A stretch of 64,000 nt of DNA from Candidatus Microgenomates bacterium (GTDB lineage Bacteria > Patescibacteriota > Microgenomatia > JACQLA01), in assembly GCA_016204255.1 (NCBI GenBank), contig JACQLA010000005.1, forward strand, positions 68,339 through 132,338. The letters are read 5' to 3'. The notes under the pieces are model-generated. The model saw nothing but the letters and a program-made list of their open reading frames with translations, was not told the origin of the DNA and did no database searches. This document shows positions 19,793 to 27,866 of this stretch, piece by piece (position 1 is the first letter of the stretch; every line of letters starts with the position of its first letter). Both the position numbers and the translations under genes were made by a program.

Positions 19793-20527
19793 TCACCAAT
19801 TTTTAGTGACCTCAGTAATTAAATCTCCAAAGTACCGCACTGTAGGAATGATATAGGGATAATCAAGTCTTACCGGTCCGACAACACCGATGGCGCCTGA
19901 ATACTTGGATCCGGCTTGATAATGACTATAAACAAAACCGCAGGAGCCTAAAAATTCCCCCAGTTCCTCTCCGAGCAAAATATGTATTGGCTCTTCGCTC
20001 TCAATTGCCTGGGCAAAAAGATTCTCCCAAAAATCTACCCGGTCCAGCATGAAGAGGAGATTTTTTGTTAAATTGATATCGTAAAATTCGGGCATTGCTA
20101 AAACATTGGCCATACCCGAGGCAAAAAGATCCCCCTCGCTATTAGTGGCCAAGGCTAAGGTTTTGGTTTTTTCGGCTAAAAGGTGAGTTGCTTCCCGTAA
20201 AAGCTTGTTTAATGAATGGCGATAATTCCAAACTTTCTCTTTGACCGCCACTTCCTCGCGAACACTAACTTCTTTAGTCTTCATCAGCTCGCGAATATAA
20301 AACTTTAGGCCAACAGGCGTAGGAACTCGTCCGGCTGAAGAATGGAGTTTTTTCAAAAATCCGGCTTCTGTCAGCTTAACCATCTCATTGCGAATGGTCG
20401 CCGGCGAAATTCCTAATTTAGGATATTTTTTCTCAATTGTCTCCGAACCGACCGCTTCCGCACTTTCGATATATTCTTCGATAATTGCTTTTAAAAGTTG
20501 AGATTGGCGTAAAGTTAAGTCAATCAT
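19793..20527 (-). CDS. hrcA: heat-inducible transcription repressor HrcA (short, 244 aa)
   Basis: The N-terminal winged helix LTLRQSQLLKAIIEEYIESAEAVGSETI is present. It is the first gene of the hrcA-grpE-dnaK-dnaJ operon, and a CIRCE element lies upstream. Confidence 0.9.
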   Translation of the reverse strand: MIDLTLRQSQLLKAIIEEYIESAEAVGSETIEKKYPKLGISPATIRNEMVKLTEAGFLKKLHSSAGRVPTPVGLKFYIRELMKTKEVSVREEVAVKEKVWNYRHSLNKLLREATHLLAEKTKTLALATNSEGDLFASGMANVLAMPEFYDINLTKNLLFMLDRVDFWENLFAQAIESEEPIHILLGEELGEFLGSCGFVYSHYQAGSKYSGAIGVVGPVRLDYPYIIPTVRYFGDLITEVTKNW

Positions 20528-20545
20528 ATTTATCTAAAAAAGCCA

Positions 20546-20582
20546 TTAGCACTTATATAACACGACTGCTAATTTTTGTCAA
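20546..20582 (-). promoter_or_regulatory. hrcA promoter (TTGACA-N17-TATATA) overlapped by a CIRCE operator
   Basis: The CIRCE element is ttagcactt-N9-gactgctaa at 20546-20572. On the minus strand the -35 box TTGACA is at 20582->20577 and the -10 box TATATA is at 20559->20554. Confidence 0.8.
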
Positions 20583-20817
20583 GCCCCGAGCCTTTTATGG
20601 CGCAGACAAAAATGTAGAGGCGATTTCAGCCTCGTCTCTTTTGTCAAGAGACAAAAAGCTTACCACCAGCATCACCTTTACAGGTGATGATTTATCAGCC
20701 TTGGCAAAATATGTTAGTGCCGGAGTAATAATTCTACAAACTTCTCATCCAGTCATTTCAAAATTAAAATCTGCTTTTACAAGATTGGGGTTACCTACTC
20801 CTAAAGGATTGTAGTGG

Positions 20818-20920
20818 CTGTCAGTTTGCATAAAAAGTTAACACTTTTTTTAGCCTCAAATTTGCAAATTTTGCAAACTCCCGAGGCTAGAAATGTTTAC
20901 CATTTCGTGCAAACTGACAG
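20818..20920. repeat. nested three-tier hairpin element, copy B (paralog at 421-523)
   Basis: The outer 13-bp inverted repeat is ctgtcagtttgca (20818-20830) / tgcaaactgacag (20908-20920). The inner inverted repeat is tagcctc / gaggcta. The loop carries tttgcaaa twice. The element ends 4 nt from the murJ stop codon. Confidence 0.75.
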
Positions 20921-20924
20921 AAGT

Positions 20925-22577
20925 TTATATTTTTTCCTCGAGAAGCTCTTCCTGTTGACTTAAAACTCTTCGCCAATTACCAATTTTTCGGAAAACAACT
21001 AAAAATCCCTCCGCCTCCTTAATCTCCAGTAGCCAAGCTAAAAAAAGATAGCTTATCAAGCCAATAATAGAAACAATCGTTGTTTCCATAATTAAATCAA
21101 CTGTATATTTAGTATCAAAAACAAGCTGATCAAAAAGCTTAAGCGGCCCCCACAGGAAAAAAGCCATCACTAAGGATGCTGTCAGAATTTTAAATGCCGG
21201 CAAGAGGAGTTCCCTTCGATTGAATTTATCGACTTTCCCGTCTAGAAGAATCAGAAGGAAAAAAAGGTTGAGAAAAGCCCCAAGTGAAGCAGAAATTCCC
21301 AAACTCCAAACAGGAAGATTTAAAAAGCGGATAAAAACAATGCTCATTAAAACATTTATTCCAACCGTTATTAAATTAACTTTTAATGGTGTCTTGGTAT
21401 CATGAATGGCATAAAAAGCTCGCATTAGAAGCGAAGACCCTGCTTGAGCGATAATCCCTAAAGATAAAAAAGCGAGGGTCCATCCCGTTAGAAATGTGGC
21501 CTCCCAGGTGAAAAGGCGAGCACCAAAAACTAAACGCGTTAGCGGAGTATGCAAAATAAACAGTGCGGTTACGGCCGGTACGGTTAGAAATAAGATTTGG
21601 TGCAGGGAAAGGAGCAGGGTCGATTTAAATTCCTCAATTTTATTTTGATTTTTTACGACTGAGAGCGTGGGAAAGGCTGCTTGTGAAATTGCAGTTCCAA
21701 AAAGATTAAGTGGAACAAAGGCTAAATGCTGGGCAAAGGTTAAAAAAGTGATACTGGAAAGAGATATTAAGGAGGCTAGTGCAGTATTAACAAAAAGGTT
21801 GGTTTGCTGGGCGGCCAAGGCCAAGCTTCGGGGCAACATTAGCCGGCCGATTTCTTTTACCCCCGGATGAAAAAGATTAAACTTTAATTGAGGACGAAAA
21901 CCTAATTTATAAGCCAGAGGCAACTGTATTAAGAAGTGGAAAAAAGCGCCCAGAATTACCCCCAGCATCACCCCATAAATTCCAAATATTGGAACTAAAA
22001 ATATAATACCAGCAATAATCCCCAGATTATAAAAAACTGAGGCTACGGCTGGTAACAAAAATCGTTGAGAAGATTGAAGAATCCCCGTTAAGAAAGAAGA
22101 AAACACAAAGAATAATTGGGAAAGAAGAATAATTCTGGTCAGATTAAGAAAAAGGTCCAAATGCTCGGGTTTTTCACGAAGGAGCCCCGGAACAAGAAGA
22201 AAAGAAAGAGGTTTAAGAAACAAGAAAAAAACTAAAATTATTAAAATAAAGGCGACGATGGCTATGTTTAAAAGCGACGCAGCTAGTTGCCAAGCTTCTT
22301 TTTCATCTTTTTGCCAGTAATTTGTAAAAACTGGAATAAAAGCCACTGATAGGGCGCCAAAAATTAGAACCTGGAAAGCAAAATCCGGAAGACGAAAGGC
22401 AGCAAAGTAAATACCGACTAGGTCTGGAGTGAAGTGGCTCGCCATTAAACGATCCCGCACCAACCCCAAAAATCCCGAGGCCAAAGACATAAACATGATA
22501 ATCGTGGCGGCAGAAAGAATATCTGCTTGTTTTGAAAGAAAAAAGGCAGTCCCGTTCTTGAAAATCCTTTTTACCAT
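20925..22577 (-). CDS. murJ: lipid II flippase MurJ (MviN family)
   Basis: The 550-aa polytopic membrane protein has the N-terminus SAATIIMFMSLASGFLGLVRDRLMASHF, which is typical of MurJ. Confidence 0.88.
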   Translation of the reverse strand: MVKRIFKNGTAFFLSKQADILSAATIIMFMSLASGFLGLVRDRLMASHFTPDLVGIYFAAFRLPDFAFQVLIFGALSVAFIPVFTNYWQKDEKEAWQLAASLLNIAIVAFILIILVFFLFLKPLSFLLVPGLLREKPEHLDLFLNLTRIILLSQLFFVFSSFLTGILQSSQRFLLPAVASVFYNLGIIAGIIFLVPIFGIYGVMLGVILGAFFHFLIQLPLAYKLGFRPQLKFNLFHPGVKEIGRLMLPRSLALAAQQTNLFVNTALASLISLSSITFLTFAQHLAFVPLNLFGTAISQAAFPTLSVVKNQNKIEEFKSTLLLSLHQILFLTVPAVTALFILHTPLTRLVFGARLFTWEATFLTGWTLAFLSLGIIAQAGSSLLMRAFYAIHDTKTPLKVNLITVGINVLMSIVFIRFLNLPVWSLGISASLGAFLNLFFLLILLDGKVDKFNRRELLLPAFKILTASLVMAFFLWGPLKLFDQLVFDTKYTVDLIMETTIVSIIGLISYLFLAWLLEIKEAEGFLVVFRKIGNWRRVLSQQEELLEEKI

Positions 22578-22884
22578 TTTCTTTTTTTTAGCCCTCGAAA
22601 CTATTTACCCTATTATTTACCCATCGTGTTTTTCCATCCTTTAATCGCGCCGATTGCCTTTCTAATTTAGTTTTGCTATAATCGTTTGCAAACTCAACGT
22701 ATAGCTTTAATCAAAAGCGCGTTTAACTGAATAAAAACAACGTGTGGCGAAAACTTAGTTTCGCATTTTGATTCAAAAAATACAAGGCCTACTTTAAGTG
22801 AAAAAGTTCTTGGCGGATGGCTTTGTGTTAAAACGTAGGTTTTTTCATTTTAACATAAATTAATTATTTAAAGTAAAGGAAACT

Positions 22885-23202
22885 ATGCCATTAATTAAAT
22901 CCGCTATCGAGAAAATGCGGCGCGACCGAAAAAAGACTAAGCAAAATAAAAGCAAAGCCCTATCTTTAAAGGGAGCTATTAAAAAGGCGCAAAAAGAACC
23001 TAAAATAGAAAATATTAAAAAAGCGATCTCACTGCTTGATAAAGCGGGTGCTAGCCATCTTCTTCATAAAAATAAAGTTGCTCGTATAAAATCTCGCCTT
23101 TCTAAACTGACAGAGGATTCCCCAAAAAAGGCAACTCAAAAGGCCAAGCCTGCCGGCAAGGTTAAAAAGGTAAGATCAAAAAAGGCTACTAAAACCAGCT
23201 AA
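22885..23202 (+). CDS. rpsT: 30S ribosomal protein S20 (with Lys-rich C-terminal extension)
   Basis: The N-terminus is MPLIKSAIEKMRRDRKKTKQNKSKA, and LLDKAGASHLLHKNKVARIKSRL follows. An SD sequence (aaggaa) lies upstream. Confidence 0.9.
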   Translation: MPLIKSAIEKMRRDRKKTKQNKSKALSLKGAIKKAQKEPKIENIKKAISLLDKAGASHLLHKNKVARIKSRLSKLTEDSPKKATQKAKPAGKVKKVRSKKATKTS

Positions 23203-23248
23203 ATACTCCTTTGACAATTAAGGTTAAAATCAATACACTTAACCTAAG

Positions 23249-23785
23249 ATGTCTGTTTCCAAAATAAAGGTTAATCTTCTCCCCCGTAAGGAGCTAGAAC
23301 AAGGGTTTTCCGGGAAATTTTTGGAGTGGGTGCTTAATTATGGGCGTTATATTATTATCGGGACCTTTATCATTGTTCTTGCGGCCTTCTTATCCCGTTT
23401 TAAGCTGGACTATGATCTTTCAAATCTATCGGACGAAATTAAAAATAAACAGGAAACAATTAAACGATTTGGCGATTTAGAATTAAAAGTAAGAGCGCTA
23501 CAAAGTCGTTTGGCGTTAATCAAAAAAATTCAAGGAGAAAACCTGCCTTACACAAAAGCCTTAAACACCCTTTCCCAAATAACCCCGCAGGATGTTATTT
23601 ATAGTAAATTGGATTTTACCTCTTCTAAAGTCAGTCTTTCTGCTACCGCCCTATCTTTAAGTGGTTTTTCAACATTCATCGAAGAGCTTAAGGCTTCTAA
23701 AGCATTTACGTCAATAAATTTAGGAAAAGTGGGGCAGGGAAAAGGCGGGATTGAATTTAGTCTTAGTGCCGAGTACAAAAAATGA
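23249..23785 (+). CDS. PilN-like type IV pilus assembly protein
   Basis: It has an N-terminal VNLLPRKE motif, a single TM helix and a coiled coil, as in the PilN family. No pilM gene lies upstream. Confidence 0.55.
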   Translation: MSVSKIKVNLLPRKELEQGFSGKFLEWVLNYGRYIIIGTFIIVLAAFLSRFKLDYDLSNLSDEIKNKQETIKRFGDLELKVRALQSRLALIKKIQGENLPYTKALNTLSQITPQDVIYSKLDFTSSKVSLSATALSLSGFSTFIEELKASKAFTSINLGKVGQGKGGIEFSLSAEYKK

Positions 23786-23801
23786 TGCCCAGTTAAAATA
23801 A

Positions 23802-24440
23802 ATGACCGATACAACTTCTCTTCGCTATCGTAAATATTTTAAAGACCTTCGGCCAGCGCTTCAGAAACCGAAAGTTAAAGCGTATACAATGCTCATCTTT
23901 TCCCTATTGGTGCTTTCATCATTTAGTTTTTTCGTTATCCGGCCAACCGTTGAAACGATTCTCGAATTGAATCGTAAAATCAAGGACTACCAGACTCTCA
24001 ATCGTAAGCTGGACGAAAAGATTAAAAATTTACAACAGGCCCAAAGAAATTATCAAGAGATACAGCCTGAAATCCCTATCGTTTTGGCGGCCCTACCTCA
24101 ACAGCCTGATTTTCCTCCCTTTCTCAAGGATCTTGAGTCTATGGCTTCAGGAAGCGGCGCAATGGTCGACTCGCTTAAATTCCAAAAAATAAATCTCACT
24201 CCGCAGCTTCAAGCAAGCGGTTCTTCTCAGGCCGCACAAGCAAACATTAAATTTGACCTCGGTTTCATAGGCGGCTATACTGAATTTTTAGCCTTTCTAA
24301 ATAAAACTGGGCAACTAAAAAGGCTTGTTAATTTTGAATCCTTCAGTCTCGAGGCCGGCAAAGGAGGAAGCGCAAGTGGTGAGTTAAATATGAGTCTTAA
24401 AGGAACTACCTATTTCTTTTTAAAGCAGAAGGGAGAATAA
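23802..24440 (+). CDS. PilO-like membrane protein
   Basis: It has a TM helix, a coiled coil (LELNRKIKDYQTLNRKLDEKIKNLQQAQ) and a C-terminal alpha/beta domain. It follows the pilN-like gene. Confidence 0.45.
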   Translation: MTDTTSLRYRKYFKDLRPALQKPKVKAYTMLIFSLLVLSSFSFFVIRPTVETILELNRKIKDYQTLNRKLDEKIKNLQQAQRNYQEIQPEIPIVLAALPQQPDFPPFLKDLESMASGSGAMVDSLKFQKINLTPQLQASGSSQAAQANIKFDLGFIGGYTEFLAFLNKTGQLKRLVNFESFSLEAGKGGSASGELNMSLKGTTYFFLKQKGE

Positions 24441-24631
24441 TGAATAGTAAAGATCTTTTTTTAATCTCTTTACTTCTATTCCTCACGGTTACAGCCTGGA
24501 TTATTGCTGGTGTTTATCATAAATCAATAGATTCAACTCTGACACCTACAGATCGTAAACTTATTGAACCATTAAATCCTGCTCTTGATAAACAGGTAAT
24601 TTTAGATTTAAAATCGAGCTATGGCCCTTAA
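24440..24631 (+). CDS. small single-pass membrane protein
   Basis: The 63-aa ORF has one TM helix. Its start overlaps the upstream stop (ATGA), which suggests translational coupling. Confidence 0.4.
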   Translation: MNSKDLFLISLLLFLTVTAWIIAGVYHKSIDSTLTPTDRKLIEPLNPALDKQVILDLKSSYGP

Positions 24632-26012
24632 TTTTTTACCCAAAGAGAGAAAAATCCCCACTCTGATTGGAATTTTTGTTCTGTTGATCGGAATCGGCGT
24701 AACTACTTATTTGACACAAACTGTTCCGCGATTTTTTCTAAAAGCGCAGCCAGATATTTCTCCTCAGGATGTTAAAATTACCAATGTTTTTCCTAATAGT
24801 TTCACCGTATCCTGGATTACACCCGGAAAGCCATCTACTGGCTATGTGACTTATGGGCAAGGTAATTCGTTAGAGAGTAAAGGTTTAGATATAAGAGACA
24901 AGGGACTCGAAGCATTAGGTCAATATATTATCCATTATGCTGAAGTTAAAAATCTTCAACCTCAAAGCACTTATTTGTTTAAAATTATCTCCAATAATAA
25001 AACTGCCAATAACGGAGCACCTTATAAAGTCACTACAGCACCTGAGCTAACCTCCCCACCCACCATGGACCCGATCCATGGTTTGGTTTTTGCCGAGGAT
25101 GAAAAATCTCCTGCTAAAGGAATTATATTTTTAACCATTGGACAATCGGCAATCCTATCAACTTTCATCAACTCTTCAGGTAATTGGCTTATTCCTTTAA
25201 ATCTATTACGCACCGCGGATTTTAAAAATTATTCTCAAATAAAGGAAAATGATTCTATTGAAATTTTTGCTCAGGGAGAACAAAAATCGTCCCAAGCTAT
25301 GGTGTCACTTGCTAATAGCTCTCCTGTCCCGCCCATTATCTTGGGAAAAAACAGTGACTTTCGCACGGCTAGCACGGCTTCTCCTACTCCATCGGTTACT
25401 CTCCCAACGCTTACGGAAATACCATCAGGCAACCTTGGCCTTACCACCCCCGCTACCAATGCCGCCGTCCCCGGTCAACCATTTTTTAGAGGAACCGGTC
25501 TTCCTGGCCAGAAACTTCAAATTAAAGTAGAGTCCCCGACAACGTATAGCGGTCAAGTGACTGTTGATCAAAACGGGAATTGGTCTTGGCAACCACCTGC
25601 AAATCTTCCCCCCGGCCAACATACAGTAACCATTACCAGCACCGACCAAAGTGGAAATTTAATGACTATCGTGCGTAAATTTATAATTCTAGCCAGTGGG
25701 ACACAAATAACAGAAGCTGCCACTCCTTCTGCCACCCCAACTTCTGTCCCGACATCAACACCCACTCCCGCTCCTCGGGCGACGGCTTCTCCTACGGCAA
25801 AACCATCACCAACCTTAACTCCGACACCAACCCCTACTCCGGTTCCCCCCGGTCCAACCGTTAAGCTATCGCCAACACCAATTACAACATCCTCTGCTAT
25901 CCCTCAAAGCGGAGATCTTTTATTCACTTTAATTTTAGCCACCGGCGGATTTAGTTTTATTCTTCTAGGCTTCTTTCTTTTGAGGAACTACAATTATACT
26001 TTACCCGGATGA
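24621..26012 (+). CDS. membrane-anchored surface protein (FN3-like + Ig-like domains, Pro/Thr linker, C-terminal sorting-signal-like tail)
   Basis: It has an N-terminal TM helix, an FN3-like segment (FTVSWITPGKPSTGYVTYGQG), an Ig-like segment (GQVTVDQNGNWSWQPPANLPPGQHTVTITSTD) and a PT-rich linker. The C-terminus reads IPQSGD, then a hydrophobic helix, then RNYNYTLPG. Confidence 0.6.
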   Translation: MALNFLPKERKIPTLIGIFVLLIGIGVTTYLTQTVPRFFLKAQPDISPQDVKITNVFPNSFTVSWITPGKPSTGYVTYGQGNSLESKGLDIRDKGLEALGQYIIHYAEVKNLQPQSTYLFKIISNNKTANNGAPYKVTTAPELTSPPTMDPIHGLVFAEDEKSPAKGIIFLTIGQSAILSTFINSSGNWLIPLNLLRTADFKNYSQIKENDSIEIFAQGEQKSSQAMVSLANSSPVPPIILGKNSDFRTASTASPTPSVTLPTLTEIPSGNLGLTTPATNAAVPGQPFFRGTGLPGQKLQIKVESPTTYSGQVTVDQNGNWSWQPPANLPPGQHTVTITSTDQSGNLMTIVRKFIILASGTQITEAATPSATPTSVPTSTPTPAPRATASPTAKPSPTLTPTPTPTPVPPGPTVKLSPTPITTSSAIPQSGDLLFTLILATGGFSFILLGFFLLRNYNYTLPG

Positions 26013-26036
26013 ATCGATAACTCATTTAAACTGAAT

Positions 26037-27116
26037 TTAAGGAGAACTTGCTAGTTCGTTTTTTAAAAAACTCCTGATTTCATCCCAATTACCAACCCTG
26101 GGTATTAAAACCCAAGCGCCATTGTGTTCCCAAACAGGAGGGTTAATTAAAAGTCCTTGGCGGCCATTTTTGGGATCCCCCCAATCCAAGACTAAATTTT
26201 TTGTTTTGGTAGCACTAATTTTAGGGAAAATTTTTACAAAATCATCAAAATCTGAAACTGGAATATCGGTTTCAATGCTTTCTCCAAGGCTTTTTTTCAG
26301 ATTAACAATCTTTTCGGGATTCAACAGAATCTCGTAGGAAAAGGTTTTATTTTTGAGTGCTAGTAAAAGATTTTGTTGTCTGGTTGATCGGGCAAAATCC
26401 GTACCCTCATCGTCTTCGGCATGACGAGACCGGGCATATTTTAAAGCAACTTCCCCATTCATATGCTGCTGACCCTTTTCAAAATGCAGATGTTCAAAAC
26501 GACATTGGTATTCTGGGTCTCCACCGCAAAGATCCTCTTCCTTGCCCTCAATAGGGTACTTGTAATCATCAAATGTCTGCGCTATATCGATGTCAACGCC
26601 TCCTAAAAGATCAATTGTTTTTTTAAAACCGTCAAAGTCCATAACCACTGCATAATGGACAGGTTGATCTAATATATCGGCAACAACAGCTTTAGCCAAA
26701 ACTAAGCCCCCACCGGGCCGCTTCTCTTCCGCCGAAGCGTAAGCGGTATTAATTTTCCCTTTTAAATCATCGATCCAAATATCGCGAGGAATAGAAAGAA
26801 GTGTAACTTCATCCTCTTTAAGGTTTATGCTTACAAAAATCATCGTGTCTGTTAGATCCTTTCCTTCATGATTCCCCCCTGCTTTTCCCAAAAGCAAAAT
26901 GTTGGTTCGCCCCGAATTTGACTTTAAAGAAAGCGATCGGTCTGTTGCTACAGACCATAAAATGGATGGAATGCTGGAAAACTCCCGCAAAAATTGCACT
27001 GTTAGAGGAACTATTTTGAATAAACCAATAATAAAAAGGCCGATGAGGACCCCGACCAGAAAAAGACGAATCTTAGGCAAAAGCTTAAAAAAACGGCGTC
27101 TTATTTTAGGCGACAT
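26037..27116 (-). CDS. LytR-CpsA-Psr (LCP) family glycopolymer transferase
   Basis: A TM anchor is followed by TNILLLGKAGG...DTMIFVSINLKEDEVTLLSIPRD, which is the canonical LCP core. Confidence 0.87.
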   Translation of the reverse strand: MSPKIRRRFFKLLPKIRLFLVGVLIGLFIIGLFKIVPLTVQFLREFSSIPSILWSVATDRSLSLKSNSGRTNILLLGKAGGNHEGKDLTDTMIFVSINLKEDEVTLLSIPRDIWIDDLKGKINTAYASAEEKRPGGGLVLAKAVVADILDQPVHYAVVMDFDGFKKTIDLLGGVDIDIAQTFDDYKYPIEGKEEDLCGGDPEYQCRFEHLHFEKGQQHMNGEVALKYARSRHAEDDEGTDFARSTRQQNLLLALKNKTFSYEILLNPEKIVNLKKSLGESIETDIPVSDFDDFVKIFPKISATKTKNLVLDWGDPKNGRQGLLINPPVWEHNGAWVLIPRVGNWDEIRSFLKNELASSP

Positions 27117-27765
27117 GATTAGTAATTGATAAGAACTCTTGAGAGGAAAGGCTGGCGCCTCCTACTAAAACACCATCAATATGAGGTTGTGAAACAAAAC
27201 TATAAACATTCTCGGCATTAATACTTCCACCGTAGAGTACTTTAAAATCACCTTTCTTTTTAATTTCCGCGGCAACGCTATCAGCGTTTTCCGGCGTATC
27301 AGGCCTACCTGAACCAATTGCAAATAATGGTTCGTAGGCCACGATCTTTACCCCTTCTGGAATAGACATTTGACTTTCAGAAATACAATAAACCGGATTT
27401 ATCCCGTTTGCGAGTGCTTGCCTGACTTTCTGCGCCAAAATTTCATCCGTTTCCCCAAAGTTTTTCCTCCGCTCCGAATGGCCAATGAGTGAATACTCTA
27501 CTAAGCCCCTAAGCATTTCTGCCGCTACTTCTCCCGTATAGGCCCCCTTATTAAACTGGGAAACATTTTGAGCTGACAATTTCAACGCCAGGCCTTTTTC
27601 GCGAATGAATCTTGCCAAGAAGGAAATATGGATAAAAGAAGGGGCTAGAATAATTTCTAAAGCACCTCCAGAGCTCCAGTTTTTGACAAAATCCTCGACC
27701 CAAGCCAGGGCCTCTTCGGTACTTTTGTTAGCCTTCCAATTGCCTAAAATAATTAAGGGTTTCAT
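27106..27765 (-). CDS. tpiA: triosephosphate isomerase (short, 219 aa)
   Basis: The motifs GNWKAN, IGHSERR, YEPLFAIGSG and GGASL are present. Confidence 0.9.
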   Translation of the reverse strand: MKPLIILGNWKANKSTEEALAWVEDFVKNWSSGGALEIILAPSFIHISFLARFIREKGLALKLSAQNVSQFNKGAYTGEVAAEMLRGLVEYSLIGHSERRKNFGETDEILAQKVRQALANGINPVYCISESQMSIPEGVKIVAYEPLFAIGSGRPDTPENADSVAAEIKKKGDFKVLYGGSINAENVYSFVSQPHIDGVLVGGASLSSQEFLSITNHVA

Positions 27766-27866
27766 ATGTTAAAATATTAACATTCTCTCCCTGCCTTCAG
27801 GCGGAAGTTTTAAAAGATAGAGACTTTTCTATCCCTCACGTTTACAACAATGGGTTTAATTGTAAC

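Noticed and set aside
20485-20814. A 109-aa plus-strand ORF across the hrcA start and its upstream region.
   Set aside because: It would run antisense through the hrcA start codon, the CIRCE operator and the promoter. The non-coding region it covers is reported as a finding instead.
20891-20902. The sequence tgtttacca in the hairpin elements resembles a stretch of E. coli 4.5S (SRP) RNA.
   Set aside because: The conserved SRP helix-8 sequence (GGAA tetraloop and symmetric loop motifs) is absent, and the element occurs twice. I treat the resemblance as coincidental.
25249-25765. Multiple short ORFs on both strands within the surface-protein gene.
   Set aside because: They are frame shadows of the Pro/Thr-rich linker-coding region of the 24621..26012 gene.
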